Positions 46,789 through 56,723 are shown, counted from the stretch's first letter. The stretch is DNA of 64,000 bases from Gammaproteobacteria bacterium (GCA_041395445.1 JAWLAO010000009.1:6150-70149), one strand, 5' to 3'. Translations and numbers: made by a program. Notes: generated by a model from the sequence alone, not told the origin.

Positions 46789-49380
46789 TTATGAATTTGA
46801 TTTAAGGAAATCATTAGCAAAACGCTGCAAAACGCCTCCGGCTTCGTAGATGGAGACCTCTTCGGCAGTATCCAGTCGGGATTTCACAGGGATTGTCACC
46901 TGCTCACCATTTTTACGATGAACGATCACCTGCATTTCAGCTCCCGGGGCGATTTCGCCCTGGACATCGTAGGTTTCAGTGCCATCGATATCATAAGTCC
47001 TACGGGTTTCACCGTTGACAAACTCCAGTGGCAAGACTCCCATACCTATCAGGTTGGTGCGATGAATGCGTTCAAAGCCTTCGGCAACTATGACTTCCAC
47101 ACCTGCCAATCGCACGCCTTTGGCGGCCCAGTCACGGGAAGAACCTTGTCCATAATCCTTGCCGGCAACTATAATCAAAGGTTGTTTGCGTTCCATATAA
47201 GTTTCGATGGTTTCCCACATGCGCATTTGTTTGCCTTCGGGTTCGAGTCTGGCTAATGAGCCTTGGATAATCTCACCGTTTTCATCAAGCACCATTTCAT
47301 TCAGCAGTTTGGGATTGGCAAAAGTGGCTCTTTGTGCGGTCAGATGATCGCCTCTGTGCGTTGCATAGGAATTGTAATCTTCTTCCGGCACACCCATTTT
47401 ATCCAGATAAGCTCCGGCAGCACTGGATTTCTGAATCGCATTGGATGGTGATAAGTGATCGGTGGTGATGTTATCTCCCAAAACCGCCAGCGGACGCATG
47501 TCTTTCATGGTTCGCTCACCTGCCAGCGCTCCTTCCCAATAAGGCGGACGTCGGATATAGGTACTCATCGGACGCCAGTCATATAAAGGATTTGCCGTTT
47601 GTCTATCATCAATATTCAGTTTAAACATCGGCTCATAAACCTGAGTAAAATGTTCCGGTTTAACCGATTCAGCAATCACCTGATCGACTTCGGCATTGCT
47701 TGGCCAGATGTCTTTCAATGTTATCGGATTGCCATCTTTGTCGGTTCCAAGCACATCTTTTTCGATATCAAAACGAATCGAACCGGCAATCGCATAGGCA
47801 ATTACCAATGGTGGTGATGCCAAAAATGCTTGCGAAGCATGCGGATGAATTCGTCCGTCAAAGTTTCGGTTGCCTGACAATACAGCTGTGCTGTAGAGAT
47901 TTCTATCCAGAACTTCTTGCTTGATTTTCGGATCTAATGCTCCACTCATGCCATTACATGAGGTGCAGGCATATCCAACAACACCAAACCCCAGTTTTTC
48001 AAGCTCTGGTAATAACCCTGCTTCTTTTAGGTACAAGGTCACAGCTTTGGAGCCCGGAGCCAGAGAGGTTTTTACCCATGGCTTTCGGGTCAATCCAATC
48101 TTATTGGCATTTCTGGCGATCAATCCGGCAGCAATCATATTGCGAGGATTGGAAGTATTGGTACATGATGTAATCGCGGCAATAATACAGGCTCCGTCGG
48201 GCATTAAGCCATCTTCGGAAGAATAATCACCTGTGATTCCTTTGGATGCCAAATCTTTAACTGCTACCCGTGCATGCGGATTGGATGGTCCGGCAATGTT
48301 TCTGACCACAGAGGACAAATCAAATGTCAAAACGCGCTCGTATTCGACATTTTTTAAATCATCTGACCAAAGACCAGTTTGTTTGGCATAGATTTCTACC
48401 AGTTTGACCTGCTCATCATCACGGCCTGTCAGATGCAAATAATCAATGGTTTGCTGATCAATCGAGAACATCGCAGCAGTGGCACCGAATTCAGGCGTCA
48501 TATTGGAAATGGTTGCCCGTTCTCCCAAAGTCATGGCTGTTGCACCTTCACCATAAAACTCTAAATAGCTTGAAACCACTCGTTCTTTTCTTAGAAATTC
48601 AGTCAAAGCCAATACAATATCGGTACTGGTGATGCCTTCTTGAGGTTTACCTGTTAGTTCGACACCAATTATATCCGGCAAACGCATATAAGACGCACGA
48701 CCCAACATGACGCTTTCGGCTTCCAGACCGCCAACACCAACCGAAATGACTCCCAAAGCATCAACCATCGGTGTGTGCGAATCGGTTCCCACAAGCGTAT
48801 CAGGGAAAGCCACGCCGTCTTTAATCTGAACTACCGGAGACATGCGTTCCAGATTGATTTGATGCATGATGCCATTACCCGGAGGCACTACATTGACGTT
48901 TTTGAAAGACTTTTTACACCAGTCAATAAAATGAAAACGATCTTCGTTTCTGCGGTCTTCAATCGCCCTATTCTTCTCAAAAGCATCTTTCTCATAACCT
49001 GCATGTTCAACCGCCAAAGAATGATCCACTATCAACTGAGTCGGTACCACGGGATTGATTTGTGACGGGTCACCACCTTTTTCAGCTATGGCATCGCGCA
49101 AACCAGCCAAATCCACAAACGCGGTCTGACCGAGGATATCATGACAAACCACACGTGCCGGAAACCACGGAAAATCCAAATCCCGTTTACGCTCGATAAT
49201 TTGTTTCAGCGATGCTGTCAGATTTTCCGGCGGACAACGGCGCACCAGATTTTCTGCTAAAACCTTGGAAGTATAAGGAAGTTTGTCATAAGCACCGGCC
49301 TGAATGTCTTCAACAGCGGCTCTGGTGTCAAAATAATCGAGATTGGAATTTGGTAAGGGTTTTCGGTAATTGTTGTTCAT
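46789..49380 (-). CDS. acnD: Fe/S-dependent 2-methylcitrate dehydratase AcnD
   Basis: 863-aa aconitase-family protein. The N-terminus (KPLPNSNLDYFDTRAAVEDIQAGAYDKLPYTSKVLAENLVRRC) is typical of AcnD. Cluster cysteines lie in SCTNTSNP and CTSCNG. Confidence 0.95.
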   Translation of the reverse strand: MNNNYRKPLPNSNLDYFDTRAAVEDIQAGAYDKLPYTSKVLAENLVRRCPPENLTASLKQIIERKRDLDFPWFPARVVCHDILGQTAFVDLAGLRDAIAEKGGDPSQINPVVPTQLIVDHSLAVEHAGYEKDAFEKNRAIEDRRNEDRFHFIDWCKKSFKNVNVVPPGNGIMHQINLERMSPVVQIKDGVAFPDTLVGTDSHTPMVDALGVISVGVGGLEAESVMLGRASYMRLPDIIGVELTGKPQEGITSTDIVLALTEFLRKERVVSSYLEFYGEGATAMTLGERATISNMTPEFGATAAMFSIDQQTIDYLHLTGRDDEQVKLVEIYAKQTGLWSDDLKNVEYERVLTFDLSSVVRNIAGPSNPHARVAVKDLASKGITGDYSSEDGLMPDGACIIAAITSCTNTSNPRNMIAAGLIARNANKIGLTRKPWVKTSLAPGSKAVTLYLKEAGLLPELEKLGFGVVGYACTSCNGMSGALDPKIKQEVLDRNLYSTAVLSGNRNFDGRIHPHASQAFLASPPLVIAYAIAGSIRFDIEKDVLGTDKDGNPITLKDIWPSNAEVDQVIAESVKPEHFTQVYEPMFKLNIDDRQTANPLYDWRPMSTYIRRPPYWEGALAGERTMKDMRPLAVLGDNITTDHLSPSNAIQKSSAAGAYLDKMGVPEEDYNSYATHRGDHLTAQRATFANPKLLNEMVLDENGEIIQGSLARLEPEGKQMRMWETIETYMERKQPLIIVAGKDYGQGSSRDWAAKGVRLAGVEVIVAEGFERIHRTNLIGMGVLPLEFVNGETRRTYDIDGTETYDVQGEIAPGAEMQVIVHRKNGEQVTIPVKSRLDTAEEVSIYEAGGVLQRFANDFLKSNS

Positions 49381-49577
49381 GCTTTCCCCAGTTGATTCTC
49401 ATAAGTATAGATTTGATTCTGAATTATACAGTTTAATAAAATAGCTTTAAATAAATTTTCCAACAGTTCTAAAATGATAGAAGAAGTTTTCATAAATATA
49501 TAAGTATTAATCCTCTCTGAGGAGACAGGTTGAGGTCATTCAAAAGGAAAAATATTTAGATTTTTTCTATTTTTTAA

Positions 49578-49606
49578 TTGATAATGAGAATTATTATCAT
49601 TATCAT
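49578..49606 (+). promoter_or_regulatory. Candidate sigma70 promoter overlapped by the Fur boxes
   Basis: TTGATA, 17 nt, then TATCAT, about 30-70 nt upstream of the first gene of the operon. Confidence 0.5.
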
Positions 49607-49610
49607 TCGC
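49580..49610. promoter_or_regulatory. Two overlapping Fur boxes
   Basis: GATAATGAGAATTATTATC (49580-49598) matches 17/19 positions of GATAATGATAATCATTATC. An overlapping second site at 49592-49610 matches about 14/19. Confidence 0.75.
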
Positions 49611-49633
49611 ATTTACATTATCAGCACCTTGAT

Positions 49634-50260
49634 TTGAAATTGAAAATTAAATCAAACAAAAACTACTTGAAAAAACAAATGCACACTTGGCACTGGATCA
49701 GTTCAGCTATTTCACTTGTGTGTATCATACTGTTTACAATAACAGGAATCACCCTCAATCATGCAAATTATTTTGAAGCTTCAGCAAACGAAATTATCAT
49801 TGAGGAAACCATTCCTCAAGAACTTCTGAAAAAACTTAAAAATAATCCATCCTCTACTCTAACTGAGCTCCGCTCTTGGATAAAAACAGAGTCAAAACTC
49901 CCAACAGATATACTTCAGGGAGACATCGAAACGACCAACAATGAAATCTATATCCAAAAACCAATCCCAGGTGGTGACAAATGGCTATCTGTTGACCTGG
50001 ATAAAGGAACCCTGTTGTACTCACACAGTGACAGAGGATGGATTGCATGGCTGAATGATCTGCACAAGGGAAGAAACACTCACGGAAGCTGGAACTGGTT
50101 CATCGATATATTTGCAATTGCTACATTAGTATTCTGCATTACCGGGTTAATTCTTTTATACATTCATTCCAAAAGACGACCTGCAACCTGGTACATCACC
50201 GCTGCCGGACTTGTTATTCCGGTCATTATAATTAATTTATTTACAAAATTGTCGCTATGA
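49634..50260 (+). CDS. PepSY-associated TM helix family membrane protein
   Basis: HTWHWISSAISL followed by a TM helix, a periplasmic segment, LNDLHKG and a second TM helix. The ATG at 49679 is a likelier start than the TTG at 49634. Confidence 0.65.
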   Translation: MKLKIKSNKNYLKKQMHTWHWISSAISLVCIILFTITGITLNHANYFEASANEIIIEETIPQELLKKLKNNPSSTLTELRSWIKTESKLPTDILQGDIETTNNEIYIQKPIPGGDKWLSVDLDKGTLLYSHSDRGWIAWLNDLHKGRNTHGSWNWFIDIFAIATLVFCITGLILLYIHSKRRPATWYITAAGLVIPVIIINLFTKLSL

Positions 50261-50766
50261 AAATACTTTCTGTCACCACATTACTATTAATAGCTCTTAC
50301 AACATTTGCCGGAAATCAATCATCTGCCGATTTCACGTTAATAATAGAAGTCCCAAAAATAAATGTCTCTGAATACCATGCCCCTTACATTGCCAGTTGG
50401 ATTGAAGACAGTAATCATCAAACTGTTATTCCTACAAGTCTTTGGTATGACAACCAAAAAAAGTGGTTGAAGGATATTCGTCAGTGGTGGAGAAAAACCG
50501 GAAGAACTCAATCAGCTCCTTATGATGGCGTTACTGGTGCGACCAGGAAGCCCGGCAAGCACAAAATCACATTGAAGAGTGACGAGATTGCTTCTCATTT
50601 AAAGAAGGGAAAATACTCCTTATTTATTGAAGCCTCCAGAGAAGTCGGCGGCAGAGAAGTGTTGGAAATTCCCTTTGACTGGCCATTAACAGAGAACTTT
50701 ACAAAGTCAGTTAATGGCCAGTTTGAACTAAGCACAGTCACTCTTCAAATAAAATTCAATCAATAA
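50257..50766 (+). CDS. Exported DUF2271-like protein
   Basis: Signal peptide and a WLKDIRQWWRK motif. The start overlaps the upstream stop by 4 nt. The family call is from pattern recall. Confidence 0.55.
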   Translation: MKILSVTTLLLIALTTFAGNQSSADFTLIIEVPKINVSEYHAPYIASWIEDSNHQTVIPTSLWYDNQKKWLKDIRQWWRKTGRTQSAPYDGVTGATRKPGKHKITLKSDEIASHLKKGKYSLFIEASREVGGREVLEIPFDWPLTENFTKSVNGQFELSTVTLQIKFNQ

Positions 50767-50778
50767 TAAGGAATCAGT

Positions 50779-51588
50779 ATGAAATTCAAAATTATATTAC
50801 TTACTTTTACAATTTTATATTCATTACAAACCAATGCCCATAAGAGGTGGTTTCTGCCAAATGAATTCAGTGTTTCTGAAAAACAATGGATTAGCATTGA
50901 TGCCAGTCTGTCAAACAATATTTTTTACGCTGATAGGCCCTGGACACTTGATGGAATTCAAGTGATTCATCCCAACCTCCGCGCTTCTACAATTAGTAAT
51001 CCTCAATATGGAAAAAGAAAAAACACTTTTGAGGTTTACCTTGAAGATACAGGAACAACAAAAGTGGCTTCCATCAGCAACATTTATTTTGCTCAGTTTG
51101 AATATTCAGTTCAAATGAATGAAGTCAAACGGATACGCTCATTTGACTATAATGAATTGATTTCCCAGATACCTGAAAATGCTAAGAATATAAAACTTTC
51201 AAAATCAATTTCCAGATTAGAAACCTATCTCACTTTAGGAGCTCCTTCATCTGCAGTCTTTAAGGCAACCGGTTCCGGATTAGAGCTATTACCAATTACA
51301 CATCCAAATGATGTGTATGAAAATGAAGCGGCTCAATTTAAATTTTTGGTAGATGGCAAACCACAAAAAAATATAAAAGTCTCTCTCGTATGGGAGGGAA
51401 CACGTTATCGGAATGATGAATCTGAAATCACTTTTATAACCAACGAGCAAGGTATCGTTACATTCACACCAGATAAGCCGGGTGCATATCTTTTAGAAGC
51501 ATCATATAAAGGTAAATCTCCTGATACAGATAAATTTGAAAATTTACACATGAGTTATATGGCAACTCTAGAAGTTCTGCCGCAGTAA
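50779..51588 (+). CDS. Exported DUF4198-like protein
   Basis: Signal peptide followed by AHKRWFLP, typical of the DUF4198 mature N-terminus. Beta-rich. Confidence 0.6.
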   Translation: MKFKIILLTFTILYSLQTNAHKRWFLPNEFSVSEKQWISIDASLSNNIFYADRPWTLDGIQVIHPNLRASTISNPQYGKRKNTFEVYLEDTGTTKVASISNIYFAQFEYSVQMNEVKRIRSFDYNELISQIPENAKNIKLSKSISRLETYLTLGAPSSAVFKATGSGLELLPITHPNDVYENEAAQFKFLVDGKPQKNIKVSLVWEGTRYRNDESEITFITNEQGIVTFTPDKPGAYLLEASYKGKSPDTDKFENLHMSYMATLEVLPQ

Positions 51589-51605
51589 TAATAAAAGGAA
51601 AAAAA

Positions 51606-53681
51606 ATGAAAAAAACAATTAACAAAGGTCTTTGGGCCTCCACTCTTTTTGCGTCAACACTTTGCGCAGCACAAATAATTGAAAACAACGAAACAAAAGA
51701 AAATGAACAGACTCAGGAAGAAGTTTCTAAAATGGATTCGGTCAAGGTATGGGGAACAACCGTTCAGTCATCCTCTGTCAATATCGACGAAAAGTATCTC
51801 ACTATGAGACAAGCCGATCACCTGAGTGACTTGTTGAGAAGCATACCCGGAGTTGATGTCGGAGGTTCACACTCACTCAATCAAAGAATAAATATCAGGG
51901 GTCTGGATGACAGGGATTTATTAATTACCATCGATGGCGCAGTGCAAAATACCTACATGTATCACCACATGGGAAATTTACAGATTCATGCAGACATTTT
52001 AAAGGCTGTAGAAATTGAGGTTGGAACAAACTCCGTAATCAATAGCGGATTAGGCGGATCGGTAAAGTTTAAAACTAAAGAGGCCAAAGACTTATTGGAG
52101 TATGGGCAAACAATCGGTGTCAGGACACAGGGTTCATTTGCCAGCAATGACTCTTCTGGAGGCTCTATTACAAGTTATGGACAACTCTCGAATAATGTCG
52201 ATTTTCTGGCTTATTATAATTATGTTGACAGAAGCAATTTCACAGTTGGTGGCGGGAAAATATTAGGGAGCGACGGAGTTGTCATTAATGAATCTGGAGT
52301 TGTAAAAGGTCAAGCTGGAAGAACAAATGATGGTTTATTCAAACTGGGAATAGATCTTAGTCCTCTTCAACGCCTTGAATTTGGTATTGAGGGATACAGT
52401 GATAAAGGGAATTACAGTTATCGTCCGGATATGGGTCTTGCAACAGATATTGCAATCGCAGATGGCTTGGGACTCCCTTTGGTTTATCCGACAGAATTTT
52501 TAAGAGACACCTATACAATCAATTATGATTTAAGCTGGGGATCTAATTCCAATCTGGTTGCATCCGCTTACATGAATAAAAGTGACTTATGGAGAGACCA
52601 GACCTCACTGGCAAATGTACTATCAGGAAACCCAAAAATTGTAGAAGGAAATGCATTAAACAAAGGATTTAATATACTAGGGAACTCAACACTATCGGGC
52701 ATAAACGAGAATGAATTGACTTATGGTATGGAGTTCTATGATTATGAAACCGAATATTCAAGAGACTACCAACTCACTTCCAGTGAGAATGCCAGCAATT
52801 TTGCAATCTATCTCCAGGATAAAATTGCTATTACTGACAAACTCTCTTTGACACCTGGAATACGCTATGATCGCTATAGCATTGACTCACAAATAGTCGA
52901 TAATGACTTTGATGAGTTCACTTATGGTTTGTCTCTAGACTATAAGATAAACGAGAATCTGGCATTCCAAGTCAGCTCTACAGAAATCTTTAAAGGCCCT
53001 GAGTTATCAGAAATTTTTATAGGTGCAGGTCTGAACGATATTGAAAACCAATTGATTAAAGCAGAAACGGGCTACAATAATCAAGTTGTACTTAATTATA
53101 ATCCTTCAGAAGCAATACACTTAGGTATGACTTATTACCACTCTAAAATTAATAACTATATCGATGAATCATTGGACACGAACATCGGTGATATTACTCT
53201 GAGGGGATATGAGTTTTTTATCAGCCATCAAAAGGGAAACTTGCTGGCATTGCTGAGTTATGCCAGCCAGGACAGTGAACTGAATGCTTTTGCAGATTTC
53301 ATGAATTTGGATAATGCACGTCTCGACCGTGCAATTGGGGACAGTCTCAATCTTAATATTGATTACTCATTCCCGGAAAAAAATCTTGACCTTTACTGGA
53401 ACACTCAGTTTATCGCCGACTTACCGGAAGAACTCGATACATCCGGTTCTGCAAGACAAAAAAATGCCTATACCATCCACAACCTTTCACTGCGGTGGAT
53501 TCCCCAGAAGATGATTCAGGGAATGGAATTAACTTTTGGAATTGACAATATTTTCGATAAAAGTTATGCCTCCCACGCATCAAGAACCGGAGATTCAATA
53601 CATCCCCGTTTTGGAGCACTTCATCTGACGGATTACGAACCAGGGAGAAATATTAAAACAACAGTTGCTTATCGTTTTTAA
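51606..53681 (+). CDS. TonB-dependent receptor (iron-regulated operon)
   Basis: Signal peptide, plug motifs (LLRSIPGVDV, INIRGLDDRD) and a barrel ending TTVAYRF. Confidence 0.9.
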   Translation: MKKTINKGLWASTLFASTLCAAQIIENNETKENEQTQEEVSKMDSVKVWGTTVQSSSVNIDEKYLTMRQADHLSDLLRSIPGVDVGGSHSLNQRINIRGLDDRDLLITIDGAVQNTYMYHHMGNLQIHADILKAVEIEVGTNSVINSGLGGSVKFKTKEAKDLLEYGQTIGVRTQGSFASNDSSGGSITSYGQLSNNVDFLAYYNYVDRSNFTVGGGKILGSDGVVINESGVVKGQAGRTNDGLFKLGIDLSPLQRLEFGIEGYSDKGNYSYRPDMGLATDIAIADGLGLPLVYPTEFLRDTYTINYDLSWGSNSNLVASAYMNKSDLWRDQTSLANVLSGNPKIVEGNALNKGFNILGNSTLSGINENELTYGMEFYDYETEYSRDYQLTSSENASNFAIYLQDKIAITDKLSLTPGIRYDRYSIDSQIVDNDFDEFTYGLSLDYKINENLAFQVSSTEIFKGPELSEIFIGAGLNDIENQLIKAETGYNNQVVLNYNPSEAIHLGMTYYHSKINNYIDESLDTNIGDITLRGYEFFISHQKGNLLALLSYASQDSELNAFADFMNLDNARLDRAIGDSLNLNIDYSFPEKNLDLYWNTQFIADLPEELDTSGSARQKNAYTIHNLSLRWIPQKMIQGMELTFGIDNIFDKSYASHASRTGDSIHPRFGALHLTDYEPGRNIKTTVAYRF

Positions 53682-53693
53682 TAAGTTATTGAG

Positions 53694-53719
53694 TGTTTTA
53701 GTGATAACATACTAAAACA
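53694..53719. terminator. Hairpin between convergent genes (no clear U-tract)
   Basis: TGTTTTAGT-GATAACAT-ACTAAAACA, a perfect 9-bp stem. Confidence 0.4.
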
Positions 53720-53724
53720 GGCTG

Positions 53725-54108
53725 TTAGCTTTTCAGATAGTTTTCGGGGATGGACAATCCCTGAACTCTGAAAAAGCTGAGTTGATCAAAGTAACCTCGT
53801 TGAAAGAGAATCTTTCCATCAACAACATGAAAAAAACCACAACCTCTCAAACCTAAAGGATCACTCCATTCCAAAATTGCCCAATCACCGGATTCATGTA
53901 GTATTTCAATCTGACAAACCATTTCAGCTCTGCCAAACTCAACAGTGAATAATTTACGAATGGCATCTAAACCGACCAAAGGTTCGGTCACTACCTGATG
54001 ATTGGTTGCATTTTCATGATATAAATTGCACAAACCATTGACATCGGCATTATTAAAACAGCCAACCCATTTTTCAACGACTTGTTTTGGTGTCATAACC
54101 CAATCCAT
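53725..54108 (-). CDS. SnoaL-like / NTF2-fold protein
   Basis: 127 aa. VEKWVGCFNNADVNGLCNLYHENATNHQV is the typical SnoaL_2 N-terminal pattern. Confidence 0.6.
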   Translation of the reverse strand: MDWVMTPKQVVEKWVGCFNNADVNGLCNLYHENATNHQVVTEPLVGLDAIRKLFTVEFGRAEMVCQIEILHESGDWAILEWSDPLGLRGCGFFHVVDGKILFQRGYFDQLSFFRVQGLSIPENYLKS

Positions 54109-54291
54109 TTACTTTAAAAATTCAATTCTAACTGAAAACTGAATAGATAGTCTTGGCAATTTGTGAAATATTTCTCAGAATGAAATGAATTAAAAAAAAA
54201 CAGTCAACGCATTTGATAATGTTTCGTTCAAGCCTATAAGAATTTGACAGTTCTTTATGTTAAGATACTTTTCAAAAGAATGGGGAATATT

Positions 54292-55194
54292 ATGAAAAAC
54301 AAATTGATAGCTTTAATTTTTATGGTTTTAACTTTTGGTCAGGCTTGGTCAAAAGATGTCACAGTTCTTTCACAATCATCTGAAGCCGCTGATGGTTTGG
54401 ACTTGATGGCGGTGAGTGAATTATTTAAGGAAACACCAAATCTGGAAGAGTTTGAAAAATCACTCAACGACCCGAATATCGGCATCAACAATCTGGATTT
54501 AGACAACAATGGTTATGTCGATTTTATTCGTGTTGTAGAAGATGCTGTTGAAGACACCCGCATCATCATTCTGCAAGCGGCTTTAGGCGAAGATGAATTC
54601 CAGGATGTTGCCACCATTGAAGTGGAAAAATCCGGCAATGACTATAACCTGCAAGTTCGTGGCAACGTCATTGTTTATGGACCTGATTATTACATTGCAC
54701 CTTCGGTTGTACGAATCGCCACTTGGCCGATTCTCGGTTGGATTTATCGCCCGGTTTATCGTCCTTACCGTTCAACATTTTATTTCGGTTACTATCCTCG
54801 CTGGTGGAAACCATTCAGTCCGGTTCACGTCAATGTTTACCGTACCAGAACCGTCACTTTTACCAAGAGAAATACTTTTGTGGTGACAAAAAAAAACCGT
54901 GTAAAAACAGTTAACAAAGTCACTTACAAACCAAGTAATTCTAGCAAAGTAACACGCACAGTTGGAGTGAAGAAAACGACAACGAACGGAAAAACCACAA
55001 CGGCTGTTGGGGTGAAGAAAACCCGAACAACTGCGATCGGAAACACGGTCACTACCAAAAAAGGAGTTAAAAGAACCAATAACAAAAATACAGGAACAAA
55101 AACCACCACCAAAGGTGTAAGGAAAACCAAAACAAACAAAGACGGTTCAAAAACCAAAGTAAAGAAAACTAAAAAAACCAAGAAAAAAGATTAA
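54292..55194 (+). CDS. Exported protein with an EF-hand-like loop, an aromatic YRP segment and a Lys/Thr-rich tail
   Basis: Signal peptide MKNKLIALIFMVLTFGQAWS from the internal ATG at 54292. DLDNNGYVDF loop, then YRPVYRPYRSTFYFGYYPRWWKPF, then about 100 aa rich in K/T/V/G/N with VGVKKT repeats. Confidence 0.7.
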   Translation: MKNKLIALIFMVLTFGQAWSKDVTVLSQSSEAADGLDLMAVSELFKETPNLEEFEKSLNDPNIGINNLDLDNNGYVDFIRVVEDAVEDTRIIILQAALGEDEFQDVATIEVEKSGNDYNLQVRGNVIVYGPDYYIAPSVVRIATWPILGWIYRPVYRPYRSTFYFGYYPRWWKPFSPVHVNVYRTRTVTFTKRNTFVVTKKNRVKTVNKVTYKPSNSSKVTRTVGVKKTTTNGKTTTAVGVKKTRTTAIGNTVTTKKGVKRTNNKNTGTKTTTKGVRKTKTNKDGSKTKVKKTKKTKKKD

Positions 55195-55219
55195 GTTATA
55201 AATCTTTATCAGTCAAAAA

Positions 55220-55249
55220 AGCCATTGGAATCATTTCAATGGCTTTTTG
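55220..55249. terminator. Bidirectional terminator between convergent genes
   Basis: AGCCATTG-GAATCATTT-CAATGGCT, flanked by an A-run and a T-run. Confidence 0.75.
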
Positions 55250-55271
55250 TTTGGAGAAAAAATCTAAAAAA

Positions 55272-55910
55272 CTAGCCTTTCAACTCTTCTTCTACTTTCA
55301 AAAGTAGTTTTTTAATTTCTGCCTGACGACCTTTGTCAGCAACTTCACGTCCGGGACGAGGTGTGGCATTTTGAGCTTTAATTAAATGCTGTTTGGCTTT
55401 TTCGTACTCATCTTCTTCCTCATAGAGAAAATCAGCAAAGAAATAATTCGAGTCGATACCATCAGGGTTCAACTCTAAGCCTTTTTGCAGATATTTCAGG
55501 GCTTTTTTATCGCTGCCAAAGCTCAATGGCCAGCCCGGAACCTTGTAATATAAAACTCCAAGGCTGGTGTAAGCCGAGCCATTAAGAGCATCACCATCAA
55601 TTTCGATGGCTTTTTCAAACGATTGCTTGGCATGTTTTGCCAGTTTTCCGGCGGAAAAAGTTCCGGCAACGCCGGCATAAGTGGAGTAAACAATGCCTTC
55701 CCAAACGAGGGCGTGTGGATTTTGTGGTTGTTTGAGAACTAAATTACTGGCGGCTTTTGCCAGATTTTCAAAGGCTTTTTCCTTAGCATCTTCATTGGTC
55801 AGGTAATTGACTTCCGCCCAATGTTTTTGAATTTCCATAACTTCAGGAGTCATTTCGGCATTGGCAACAATACTGCTGAGTAAAATTAATAAAATATATC
55901 TTTTTTTCAT
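55272..55910 (-). CDS. Exported TPR-like protein
   Basis: Signal peptide MKKRYILLILLSSIVANA and helical-repeat sequence (ALKYLQKGLELNPDG...). It starts 18 nt downstream of the SDR gene. Confidence 0.65.
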   Translation of the reverse strand: MKKRYILLILLSSIVANAEMTPEVMEIQKHWAEVNYLTNEDAKEKAFENLAKAASNLVLKQPQNPHALVWEGIVYSTYAGVAGTFSAGKLAKHAKQSFEKAIEIDGDALNGSAYTSLGVLYYKVPGWPLSFGSDKKALKYLQKGLELNPDGIDSNYFFADFLYEEEDEYEKAKQHLIKAQNATPRPGREVADKGRQAEIKKLLLKVEEELKG

Positions 55911-55928
55911 AAAATCACCTTGTTTGTT

Positions 55929-56723
55929 TTATTGAGTGAGTATTTGTTTAATTTTTTGATGTTCTTTTTTGATGGAACCGGAAACCACTTTTGGAAACAG
56001 CCCATTCACTTTTACGAATAACTTTTCCGGCCAACCAAAAAACTGTTCAGAGTTGCCTTTTTCAATGGCGGAAATGATTTGTGGAACGATTTGCTGTGGA
56101 GAGTCCACTTTGTTCTTTAGTTCAGAATTCAAATGATTGACGGCACTGGAATTGATTTTGGTCGCCACCGCACGAGGAGCCAGATATTGCACATCAACAT
56201 TGGTATCGGCGAGTTCCCGAGCCAATGCCTGAGAAAATCCACGAAGACCGAACTTGCTGGCACAATAACCACTGAATCCGGGATATCCAATTGCACCAAA
56301 AGTCGAGCCGATATTAATCAACTTACCGGCATTGGCGCTTTGCAACCACGGCAAGACCGCTTTGCTTATGAGAATTGGTGCTAACAAATTAACTTGTAAC
56401 ATTCTTTCCAAATCTTCATCAGTTTGGTTTTGCAGAAAATTCACATCGCTGATTCCGGCATTGTTGATGAAAACATGTTTGTGAGATTGATGTTGTTTCA
56501 ATAATTTTTTCAGGTCGTCTCGAAATTGCATATCAGCAACATCGCCGGATAAAACATCGACAACATTTTTTAGTTTTGACTTCAATTGTTGAAGTTTGTC
56601 CGAGTTTCTTCCGGTGAGAATTAAACTCACGCCTTTGTCATCGAGCTGTTTACAAATTTCTTCGCCCAATCCACCATAAGCACCAGTGACCACCGCAAGT
56701 GTTGAGTACCATTGATTATTCAT
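55929..56723 (-). CDS. Short-chain dehydrogenase/reductase
   Basis: TGAYGGLG (TGxxxGxG), NNAG and YCASK (YxxxK). I prefer the start at 56723, which overlaps the upstream stop as ATGAATAA. The ORF-track start 56807 would overlap 92 nt. Confidence 0.85.
   Translation of the reverse strand: MNNQWYSTLAVVTGAYGGLGEEICKQLDDKGVSLILTGRNSDKLQQLKSKLKNVVDVLSGDVADMQFRDDLKKLLKQHQSHKHVFINNAGISDVNFLQNQTDEDLERMLQVNLLAPILISKAVLPWLQSANAGKLINIGSTFGAIGYPGFSGYCASKFGLRGFSQALARELADTNVDVQYLAPRAVATKINSSAVNHLNSELKNKVDSPQQIVPQIISAIEKGNSEQFFGWPEKLFVKVNGLFPKVVSGSIKKEHQKIKQILTQ

Noticed and set aside
54924-55181. 85-aa antisense ORF, plus two sense-strand alternative-frame ORFs (54593-54886, 54723-54914), over the Lys/Thr-rich protein gene
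   Set aside because: These are frame shadows of the repetitive AAA/ACC-rich coding sequence. The V/F/L-rich product has no start context.
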